A stretch of 64,000 bases of DNA from a virus (taxonomy: Duplodnaviria > Caudoviricetes), in IMG/VR virus record IMGVR_UViG_3300011338_000371, positions 1 to 64,000 of that record; one strand, written 5' to 3'. The first letter of the stretch is position 1; every line of letters begins with the position of its first letter. Below, in pieces: positions 1-7,426 of the stretch. A program made the translations under genes and the position numbers. The notes under the pieces were generated by a model. The model was not told the origin of the DNA and did not search any database. It saw nothing but the letters and a program-made list of their open reading frames with translations.

Positions 1-7
1 AAATTAC

Positions 8-604
8 TTAAAATGCTGCTTCTACTGCAGGAGCTTTTACTTTGTTTTCTTTGATGTCTCCGATAGAAGCACCAGTAGACATGCTAGTAATGCTACGAGA
101 CAAGTTTTGATCTTGCTTAATAGTAGCGTTAGACATACCTGGCTCAGCAAATTCTACAGTAGTGTAGATAAGAGCACCATCAAAGGTCAATTCTTGTCCG
201 TTAACAGTCTTAACAGACCACTGAGGCTTAATAGAACCATCAGCATTCTTTACGATACCTTCATCAGTAGTATCTACTCTGCGAAGGATTAAGTCTTCAC
301 CATACAATTGAGAAGTGCTTACGTTTACTTCTACTGCATCTGAATAACCACCAGAAATATCATCAGCGTTGAATCCGAATTGTCCAAAGTCGCTATTGAA
401 GTTGTCTTCTGTGAAATTCAAGAGAGCAGTCATACGGTTAGTTAAGTTACCACCAAGACCACGGCTTACCATGCGTTGGTGAACAGACATGTTAGCAGGA
501 GTGAAACACTCGAACATAACAGTAATAGGTGCTTTGATACCAGCGTTACGGAAAGCTTTGCTAGCAAAAGCAAGATTGGTTGATTTGAAATCTTCGTAAG
601 TCAT
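8..604 (-). CDS. Hypothetical phage protein (198 aa)
   Basis: Complete ORF with A-rich leader and biased codon usage (AAC/TTC/CGT). No recognisable motif. Confidence 0.8.
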   Translation of the reverse strand: MTYEDFKSTNLAFASKAFRNAGIKAPITVMFECFTPANMSVHQRMVSRGLGGNLTNRMTALLNFTEDNFNSDFGQFGFNADDISGGYSDAVEVNVSTSQLYGEDLILRRVDTTDEGIVKNADGSIKPQWSVKTVNGQELTFDGALIYTTVEFAEPGMSNATIKQDQNLSRSITSMSTGASIGDIKENKVKAPAVEAAF

Positions 605-656
605 AATTTTTAATCGATTTAGTTGGTTTAATTGGTTTTAGTTTTTTGTTTTTTGT

Positions 657-986
657 TTAATTGTCTTGTAGTACTGTTACTTTATCTTTCTCGTAAATGT
701 AAATAGGACCTATATAGCCGTCTTTAATAAGATAAGTCTTTTCACAGTTCTTTAATTTATAAGAGATGATCATGTTCCACTCTGAAAATTTAATTACAAA
801 GCAGTCTAAGACTTTAGGAGGATTAGCAATACCTTCTCCTATAAGATCTTCTACAAAGAGTGTATCAGAATACGTTAAGCGTTGAAACTTTACGCAGGTA
901 TCAGAACAAAAAGTTCTAATAGGAAATAGTTGGGCTTTTAAGTCTACAAAGCCACTTAAGATTAAAATAAAGAACAGTTTTTTCAT
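657..986 (-). CDS. Exported protein with Sec signal peptide
   Basis: MKKLFFILILSGFVDLKA|Q: basic N-terminus, hydrophobic core, cleavage before Gln (Bacteroidota Q-rule). Confidence 0.65.
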   Translation of the reverse strand: MKKLFFILILSGFVDLKAQLFPIRTFCSDTCVKFQRLTYSDTLFVEDLIGEGIANPPKVLDCFVIKFSEWNMIISYKLKNCEKTYLIKDGYIGPIYIYEKDKVTVLQDN

Positions 987-999
987 GATTAATAGATTT

Positions 1000-1022
1000 A
1001 AAAGGGGAGATTTCTCTCCCCT
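1000..1022 (-). terminator. Rho-independent terminator
   Basis: Minus strand AGGGGAGA-GAAA-TCTCCCC-TTTT directly after the 1040..1378 stop. Confidence 0.7.
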
Positions 1023-1039
1023 ATTAAATTAAGTTAAAC

Positions 1040-1378
1040 TTAGTTAAACTTAGTTTCTACCAAGTTCTCAAAGTAAGCAATGGTTTCTTTGGTTGAATCC
1101 AAAGTTGCCTTAGCTGTATCCAAGTACTCTTGACGAGATTGGATGTTTCTAACGTACATGGCGTTGTCTGTGAAGACAGAAGTTGGGAAGATTGCATTGT
1201 TCAATGCTTCTTCAGCATCTTCTACTGCAGTCTCATCATCAACCAACTTAGCTTTCAATGCAGCCAATTGGCCATTGATAGCACTAAGGGCTTTACGCTC
1301 AACTTTAGCAGCGATTACACCAGCTTCATCTCCCTTCAAACGGGCAGTTACTTCTTTGATAAAATTTGTTACTTTCAT
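1040..1378 (-). CDS. Coiled-coil hypothetical protein
   Basis: 112 aa, Ala/Glu/Lys-rich helical sequence, A-rich leader. Confidence 0.75.
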   Translation of the reverse strand: MKVTNFIKEVTARLKGDEAGVIAAKVERKALSAINGQLAALKAKLVDDETAVEDAEEALNNAIFPTSVFTDNAMYVRNIQSRQEYLDTAKATLDSTKETIAYFENLVETKFN

Positions 1379-1500
1379 AAGTGTGGTTTTTTAAATTTTT
1401 TAGTTTTTTAAGGTTTTAAGATTTAATTTTAATTTTAATTTTAATTTAGTTTACTTTTACTCTAAGTAATTTGTAAATAAAGATAAGAACGTTAAAGGTG

Positions 1501-3357
1501 TTAAATGACCCTAAGTTTTGACTTAGGTTTGGTTTTCATTGTAATAGGAGCTTGTTTGTAAGAAGATAAGGGATCTAAAGTAAGACTAGGTCCACCAAAA
1601 GAAGCTCTGATGTCTGTTAATACTTGATGAGAAGAGCTGCTGATAGTAAATCCACTAATCCCTGTACCAGTAGTACTATAACTAGAATCATACTCTTCAA
1701 ACTCACTCTCAAGCATCATGTAGGTGTGTCCCATTGGAGTAGTTACATTAATCCTATAACAGTTCTTTTCTTCTACGAAATGGTCATAAGATGTTATTGT
1801 CCCTACAAATCCTCCTTTGTCTTCTCCTGAATAATAGTAGTTTCCTCCACAATCTATAAACTTTTTGTAAGTCACAGGTTTGCCTACATAAAACTTAGGT
1901 TGAGGTTTAGAAAGTGTAGTAGACTGAATAGGCTGAATAGGTTCACTAGGCTTAACTACTTTTCCGTCATATTGAACAAACTCTTTTTCTAGCATACTGT
2001 AACAATATCCTTTATTTGTTGTTACAGATATCTTCCAGCAGTTTTCATCTGAGATATATTCTATGTAGTCTCTAATCTCGCCTACAAACCCTCCTTGACA
2101 AATTCCTCCAAAGAAATATGCATTTCTTGGGAGTTCAGATTGTACTTTGTACATTACCTTATCACCTATATTAAATCTTTTAGGAGGAGAATAAATCTCT
2201 CCTGAGATAGGTTCAATTGGCTTAGGTTCAATAGATACTTCTTCTGTAATGAAGTAATCATTTCTACTAAATCCCCAACTTTCGTATGTAAAAAAACCAT
2301 CTGATCTTATACTAGATTTAGGAAGTACTATTGATTGACCTAAGTACTTATTCATATCACCACGAGAGTTCCATCCTCTAGGAGCAGTACCATTCCAAAG
2401 ACCTTTATCTTTAAACTCTTGTTCAGTTAGGAATCTAACAGTGACAGTTTCTTCTTTGGGCTTAGTTGAAAGTACAATATCTAAGTCTTTTGGTTCAATA
2501 TACCAACCATAACCATCTTTACATTGACCTTGTAATGTATGACCACTCATGTACTCGTCAAATTCTACTCCTACATTACCTTCTCCTGTCTCACGTACAG
2601 TACCTGTTTTAAGATAACCAGGAATACTTTTATTAATACATTGTACACGGTCTCCAATTTTAAATTTACGCATAGTTTCTTTTTTAGGTTCAGAAGGTTC
2701 AGAAGACTTGGAAGGCTTGACATCTCCATAATAAGGCTCAAAAGTACCTATAGTAGGCCATCCTTTATCTTCTCCGTCACTTCCTATAATTCTGATAGGT
2801 TGGTTACCTCTATAATCTTTATCTTCCATTCTATCAATAGTAAGAATAGCTCCTATTGGTCTAAGAGAAGAATCTCCTCCGATAATTTTTACATTATCAC
2901 CTACTTTAAGATCTTGCCATTGCCAACCTATAGGAGATTTTGGCTTAGTTTCTGTAACGGTAGAAGTTGTAGAGGTTGTAGGAGCAAGAATCATTTGACA
3001 AGTGTAGTCAAAGGTTGACATTCTGCCACTTTCTTTCTTTACTCTGTAGTAAGTATTATCACCACTATCTTTTTCAAGAATAGTGCATCTACAATTAGTC
3101 CAATCTTCGTAGTCTTGAGTAATAATTACACGATCTCCAGGTTCAGGTGTCCAGTGAGGATAGATAAGCTTCCAGTTTTCTGCTATTTCTTCAGCTGTAG
3201 CATACTTCCATCCCTTTCCAGTAGAAGATTCTTGTCCATATAATCTACCTTCTCTAATTATATCAAATTGATAATCATTTTTTTGGATACCTATTTTACC
3301 AATAGATGCATCACTAAAAGGAGAGCCAGTTACTTTAATTAGTTTTAAGTTTGCCAT
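1501..3357 (-). CDS. Multi-domain protein with repeated SH3/KOW-like modules
   Basis: Repeats PGDRVII, KVGDNVKI, FKIGDRVQC, FNIGDKVMY and FYVGKPVTY. The last two modules are clear paralogues. Confidence 0.7.
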   Translation of the reverse strand: MANLKLIKVTGSPFSDASIGKIGIQKNDYQFDIIREGRLYGQESSTGKGWKYATAEEIAENWKLIYPHWTPEPGDRVIITQDYEDWTNCRCTILEKDSGDNTYYRVKKESGRMSTFDYTCQMILAPTTSTTSTVTETKPKSPIGWQWQDLKVGDNVKIIGGDSSLRPIGAILTIDRMEDKDYRGNQPIRIIGSDGEDKGWPTIGTFEPYYGDVKPSKSSEPSEPKKETMRKFKIGDRVQCINKSIPGYLKTGTVRETGEGNVGVEFDEYMSGHTLQGQCKDGYGWYIEPKDLDIVLSTKPKEETVTVRFLTEQEFKDKGLWNGTAPRGWNSRGDMNKYLGQSIVLPKSSIRSDGFFTYESWGFSRNDYFITEEVSIEPKPIEPISGEIYSPPKRFNIGDKVMYKVQSELPRNAYFFGGICQGGFVGEIRDYIEYISDENCWKISVTTNKGYCYSMLEKEFVQYDGKVVKPSEPIQPIQSTTLSKPQPKFYVGKPVTYKKFIDCGGNYYYSGEDKGGFVGTITSYDHFVEEKNCYRINVTTPMGHTYMMLESEFEEYDSSYSTTGTGISGFTISSSSHQVLTDIRASFGGPSLTLDPLSSYKQAPITMKTKPKSKLRVI

Positions 3358-3361
3358 AAGA

Positions 3362-3601
3362 TTATTCTATTTTGTGAATGATAGGATACTTACTTTTTTC
3401 TTTTAAATACTGTTTACGTCTTGAGATAATTTGTTGTGCTCTTTCTAAAGTAGAACATACACTTTGATCACGAGATCTTTTTTCCCACACATATTTATGA
3501 GGAAAATGATTGTCTATGTAGGCCCAAGGATGAAAGATACTTGGTTTTTCTTGAGGGTAGAAACTTGATTCTCCCTCTTGTAAAATTCTGTGTTTTGCCA
3601 T
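3362..3601 (-). CDS. Hypothetical protein
   Basis: 79-aa ORF abutting 1501..3357 in the same operon. Confidence 0.7.
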   Translation of the reverse strand: MAKHRILQEGESSFYPQEKPSIFHPWAYIDNHFPHKYVWEKRSRDQSVCSTLERAQQIISRRKQYLKEKSKYPIIHKIE

Positions 3602-3618
3602 AATTTTAGTTTTAAGTT

Positions 3619-3644
3619 AAAAGAAAGGGCCATTTCTGACCCTT
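3619..3644 (-). terminator. Terminator hairpin
   Basis: Minus strand GGGTCA-GAAA-TGGCCC-TTTCTTTT. Confidence 0.65.
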
Positions 3645-3649
3645 AATAG

Positions 3650-3832
3650 TTAAAGTTCTGCATCACCTAAGTCATCAAATGCATCTTCTACATCTTTCTT
3701 AGTTGACTTAAGGTGTTTTTTAGTTGCTTCAGCTTCTTCGCCTGTAACAACATTTACTGCGTCTTTTACTACGGCAAGAGGAGTTAAGGCAGTCTTAACT
3801 GTTGCGCTAATAATGTTTGAAAAGAATCCCAT
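3650..3832 (-). CDS. Small hypothetical phage protein
   Basis: 60-aa ORF MGFFSNIISATVKTALTP..., flanked by hairpins. Confidence 0.7.
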   Translation of the reverse strand: MGFFSNIISATVKTALTPLAVVKDAVNVVTGEEAEATKKHLKSTKKDVEDAFDDLGDAEL

Positions 3833-3856
3833 AGTTTTAGTTTTTTAGTTTGAGTT

Positions 3857-3879
3857 AAAGGGGCCATTGCTGACCCCTT
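3857..3879 (-). terminator. Terminator-like hairpin, near-copy of 3619-3644
   Basis: Minus strand GGGGTCA-GCAA-TGGCCCC-TTT. Confidence 0.55.
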
Positions 3880-3885
3880 GTTTAA

Positions 3886-4866
3886 TTAAAGACCTCTACG
3901 TAAGAACGCTAAGGCGATTTCTTTAGCTGAAGTACAGAATCTCAACTGATCTGAATTCTCTTTTACATACTCCATAAGCTTTTTATGCTTAGTAGGAGTG
4001 TAGTCTTGTTCTGAGAACACAGCAACAGCTGCCCTTACTAGTGCTCTAGTAGACCATCTGTCCATCTTAGGAACAAGAGTAAGCAGATTAGCTACTCGTG
4101 AACAAGTTAAGTGAGCTTTAGTAGGGTTTTCCATTCTGAACAAACCTTTCTTAAGATCTTTGATGTTTTGACCTCCGTCTCTACCTGTAGAAGCACTGAT
4201 AACTACATCATAGTCCAAGTCAAACTTTTGCTTAAGCTTGATTAGCTCTTTGTAGTCTTCAATAGATTCTGCCCAAGCATTAACATAGTCTCCTTGCTTC
4301 CAAGACTTAGAAGATGAGTTAAGCATAGTAACCAACGTGGTCAATTCTTGCTTATCATTAACTCCGTCAACTAAGATGTAAGGAACAGGAATACCTAAGC
4401 GTAAGCAAGCCATTAATGAATGTTGTCCATCAGCTACATACCTACGAGTAACACCATCGAAGAAATTAACTTCAACAACAGTAACAGGACGAATCATGCC
4501 AAACTTCTGAATAGATTCTACTAATCTCTCAATATGTTTAGCTACGATACTTCTCTGAACTCCTGGTAAGAACTCCAATCTGTCTCCTTCTTTAACCCAT
4601 TTAAGATTTTTAAGGCTGTTAGCACTTACAAACATCATCTTTTGAGTAAGCTGAGAAGCAGCTTCACTTGCTTTCTCCATAAAATTAGTAACTGTCAAAG
4701 TCTTAACAGGTTTTCTAACTGTTTTAACTGCTTTAACAGTCTTGATAGCTTTAATCTTTTTAGTAGGAGCAACATTAGTTACTTCTACTTTGCGAGGACG
4801 ACCTCTTCTTTTAGGTGCCTCGGTGACTCCCAATTGAGTCTTTTTAGTTGGTTTTTTGTTTTGCAT
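3886..4866 (-). CDS. ParB-like N-terminal-domain protein with AT-hook
   Basis: N-terminal KRRGRPRK. ParB/Srx motifs: LVESIQKFGMIRPVTVV and YVADGQHSLMACLRLGIPV. Confidence 0.75.
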   Translation of the reverse strand: MQNKKPTKKTQLGVTEAPKRRGRPRKVEVTNVAPTKKIKAIKTVKAVKTVRKPVKTLTVTNFMEKASEAASQLTQKMMFVSANSLKNLKWVKEGDRLEFLPGVQRSIVAKHIERLVESIQKFGMIRPVTVVEVNFFDGVTRRYVADGQHSLMACLRLGIPVPYILVDGVNDKQELTTLVTMLNSSSKSWKQGDYVNAWAESIEDYKELIKLKQKFDLDYDVVISASTGRDGGQNIKDLKKGLFRMENPTKAHLTCSRVANLLTLVPKMDRWSTRALVRAAVAVFSEQDYTPTKHKKLMEYVKENSDQLRFCTSAKEIALAFLRRGL

Positions 4867-4912
4867 AATTAGGTTTTTATTTGGTTTTAGTTTTTGGTTT
4901 AGTTAAGATTAA

Positions 4913-5110
4913 AAAACAAACTCTCTTGTACGCTCACCGTACTTTTAGATTTTACTGAACATAGTTTACTGTTCACCTGTTGTAGTGCACTACAGAGCAG
5001 GGTCCATCACATAACACTTCGAGGCATGTATCTTATTGGGTAATTACTCCCATAAGTCGAAGATAGTCTTTCAACGGTGCTAATCCGTCCTATGTAAGAG
5101 AGTTTGTTTT
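4913..5110 (-). ncRNA. Candidate structured ncRNA directly 3' of tRNA-Glu
   Basis: Perfect 15-bp closing stem (4913-4927 / 5096-5110) enclosing several hairpins. No ORF in the track. Confidence 0.5.
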
Positions 5111-5184
5111 GGTATCCTGTAGCGGATTCAAACCACTGTTACCAAGATGAAATCTTGGGGTCCTAATCACTAGACGAACAGGAC
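5110..5184 (-). tRNA. tRNA-Glu(TTC)
   Basis: GTCCTGT/ACAGGAT acceptor stem, CCAAG-ATTTCAT-CTTGG anticodon arm, T-arm AGTGG-TTTGAAT-CCGCT, encoded CCA. Confidence 0.9.
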
Positions 5185-5196
5185 AAATAGAGTCGC

Positions 5197-5343
5197 TTAA
5201 ACTCCAATTTCTTTAATAGAGTAATAAGCAGCAAAAGTCCTGCTTACTCCTTGTCTACGAAAGAACCTATAATACCATAGATAATCATCTACCATACCAT
5301 AGGACTTCGCAACAAAATAGTTTTCTGCAAATTGATCTATCAT
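5197..5343 (-). CDS. Small hypothetical protein (48 aa, not in ORF track)
   Basis: Hand translation MIDQFAENYFVAKSYG...SIKEIGV*, A-rich leader. Confidence 0.55.
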   Translation of the reverse strand: MIDQFAENYFVAKSYGMVDDYLWYYRFFRRQGVSRTFAAYYSIKEIGV

Positions 5344-5355
5344 AATTAGTTTAAA

Positions 5356-5577
5356 TTAAATTAAATTAAGTTCTTCTTTAAGATTATTAAACGGATTATC
5401 AGAGGTAATCTGATTGAGTAGTTCTTTAAGCTCTTCACTTTGACCTATAAATGTACTCTCAGGAATATTGCCTAACTCATACTCTTCCTCTAATCTTTCT
5501 AAAAAGAAGTATAAGCGGTTAATCTTCATAATAAGTACACTAGCAGCCAAAGCTTCTACAAATTCTTCCATATTCAT
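5356..5577 (-). CDS. Hypothetical protein
   Basis: 73-aa acidic helical ORF in the leftward operon. Confidence 0.65.
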   Translation of the reverse strand: MNMEEFVEALAASVLIMKINRLYFFLERLEEEYELGNIPESTFIGQSEELKELLNQITSDNPFNNLKEELNLI

Positions 5578-5582
5578 AGTAT

Positions 5583-5759
5583 TTATGATTTAAAAGGTTT
5601 AGCATCTACTACTATGGAGCCAATGCCTGTAGCAATGGCCCCAATAGAGAAGAAATTAGAGATAATAGTCAAGCCCATTTGTTCGCTTAAGTATGCTGCT
5701 AGAATAGCAACAATACAAGCAATCCCTAATAGAAGGGAAAGGAAGGTAAGTCTTTTCAT
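5583..5759 (-). CDS. Small membrane protein (58 aa, not in ORF track)
   Basis: Hand translation MKRLTFLSLLLGIACIVAILAAY...GAIATGIGSIVVDAKPFKS*, two hydrophobic segments. Confidence 0.6.
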   Translation of the reverse strand: MKRLTFLSLLLGIACIVAILAAYLSEQMGLTIISNFFSIGAIATGIGSIVVDAKPFKS

Positions 5760-5786
5760 ATATGTATCTGTTTAAGTTTAAAAGTA

Positions 5787-5945
5787 AAAAACAAGTAGTG
5801 TCTTCTAAGTGAGATATCTTGTCTCAAAAGCGTTGTCCAATATCATTAACCTAAACTACTCACATCTTAGACTGTGAGATACAAGACAGCTTCGAACTGT
5901 TTCCCACATACTTTGTATTGTTTATTGGTTAATCACTACTTGTTT
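5787..5945 (-). ncRNA. Candidate structured ncRNA directly 3' of the tRNA-like element
   Basis: Perfect 12-bp closing stem AAACAAGTAGTG/CACTACTTGTTT (5934-5945 / 5789-5800) with internal hairpins. Confidence 0.45.
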
Positions 5946-6064
5946 GGTGATGGAGACAGGACTTGAACCTGTACTAAGAGAGGTCACTTACCGCTGATGG
6001 GACATATACCATCACCCTCTGTACTGCCGTACCACGTTGCGTCTACCAATTCCGCCACTCCATC
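5945..6064 (-). ncRNA. 120-nt tRNA-like RNA lacking a canonical anticodon arm
   Basis: Acceptor GATGGAG/CTCCATC + ACCA, Leu-type D arm GCG-GAATTGGTAGA-CGC and T arm ACAGG-TTCAAGT-CCTGT, with a long branched central region. Confidence 0.75.
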
Positions 6065-6071
6065 ATATTGT

Positions 6072-6266
6072 TTATTGTTTAGATATTTTCTTCATCTCTT
6101 TCTTGTTAAACAGTTTAGTTTCACCTTCATACCATTCTTCATTCTTTCCTATATAGTCGGTATGAAGTTTTAGCACAATTGCACTAGGTACAAATTTTGT
6201 AATTTCGCCTGTTACTTTCCTACCACCTTTATAGGTAAAGCTTATTATATCTCCTAGATTGTACAT
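6072..6266 (-). CDS. Small SH3-like hypothetical protein
   Basis: MYNLGDIISFTY...VTGEITK pattern. Confidence 0.6.
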   Translation of the reverse strand: MYNLGDIISFTYKGGRKVTGEITKFVPSAIVLKLHTDYIGKNEEWYEGETKLFNKKEMKKISKQ

Positions 6267-6313
6267 AAGATTAGTTTAAAATAAAAAGACAGTTTATACA
6301 CATGTCTAGGTGT

Positions 6314-6586
6314 TTACTTAAATGATGCAAGATCTTCTTGAGTCCATTGTTCTCCATCACTAGATAAACCACGTTCTCTCCAACCTTTACCGTACTTAAG
6401 ATTTGCTTTTTGTCTTGCTTTGCCTACAGGAGTACCTGACTTAATATCAAGTGCTATTTCCTTGCGTATAGAAGCAATTTTCCTTTCAGCTGGAGTTCTT
6501 ATCCAGCTACGTGGATTGAAACAATGATCCTCAGACTGAAGACCAAACATTTCTGCGTCAATTAGTTCTTCTGATATATCTCCCAT
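6314..6586 (-). CDS. Hypothetical phage protein
   Basis: 90-aa ORF with A-rich leader. Confidence 0.7.
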   Translation of the reverse strand: MGDISEELIDAEMFGLQSEDHCFNPRSWIRTPAERKIASIRKEIALDIKSGTPVGKARQKANLKYGKGWRERGLSSDGEQWTQEDLASFK

Positions 6587-6604
6587 AATATTGTTTAATT
6601 AAAA

Positions 6605-6865
6605 AAGGCATTCCACCTTTAAGTAGCCAATAGCTGACTATACTGCATTGTTTCATCAGCACTTATGCTATGCTTTTATACTATTTGGTATAATACCAAT
6701 TAGTACAGTTTACTTCCCTCTGCAACTCAGTTGTAATAGTTTAACTCTATCAAATCGTTTATGACAGTTAATCCACTGCTTTAACATTTGTTGAATATTA
6801 CAACAAACAGCTTAGTGGTAAGCTATTACAACTGCTCACCCTTGGGAAGTGAGTTGTGGTGCATT
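6605..6865 (-). ncRNA. Candidate pseudoknotted ncRNA (~260 nt)
   Basis: Perfect 12-bp inverted repeat (6728-6739 / 6823-6834), closing stem GCA-CCAC/GTGG-AA-TGC and crossing helix ACTTCCC/GGGAAGT. No ORF. Confidence 0.45.
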
Positions 6866-7395
6866 AAAGCAACGAACTGAAAAGTTCGCTTAACATTTGA
6901 AAGGACATCTCTATAACCAACAATAGAGATGTAGTAATACCCTATAAGAGAATATATAAGGATATATACAAGGAGAGAGTAATAGGTTTCTTTAATGCCA
7001 ATATACCTTAATTTAACTTAATGTATATATTGTAGCATTTTGATTATTGAAATAGCCTATTTTTCACCATTAGATAGGTCCCCAAGTGGTGTTGACCCCT
7101 CTTTTTCCACCCCCACATCCACCCCCAATTGTCATAAAAAAGTTAAACAAAATGACATTTGTCTCCGATTTTCCCGGGTTTAGACAAACAAAAGTTAAAC
7201 AAAACCTATTTTATACCATTTCTGTGACATTTCTGTGACAATTAATACATCGATTGGTGTTTTGATGAGATATCCCCCGAAAATTCGGAAGGCAACTCCA
7301 AAGGCAAGACAACAGGCGTCAGCATAAAACACTACCATGCCGAAGGCATACCATTTTAACAGAGGCAACTTGCGACCTTACTGCGACCTTACGGA

Positions 7396-7418
7396 AGAAA
7401 AAGGGGGCCGAAGCCCCC
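7396..7418 (-). terminator. Rho-independent terminator
   Basis: Minus strand GGGGGC-TTCG-GCCCCC-TTTTT just after the 7427..7726 stop. Confidence 0.8.
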
Positions 7419-7426
7419 ATAGTGCG

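Noticed and set aside
1380-1500. TTTTAA-type low-complexity repeats
   Set aside because: This is an A-rich leader on the coding strand, typical of Bacteroidota translation initiation regions. It is not a CRISPR array or iteron set.
5945-6064. Interpretation as tmRNA or as an ordinary tRNA-Leu/Ser
   Set aside because: It lacks the tmRNA G3:U70 pair and tag frame, has a paired D stem, and no 5-bp stem with a 7-nt anticodon loop can be formed after the D arm.
6640-6670. CTGATGA (minus strand) resembling a hammerhead core
   Set aside because: No correctly placed GAAA and NUH with stems I-III could be built. Kept only as part of the larger RNA candidate.
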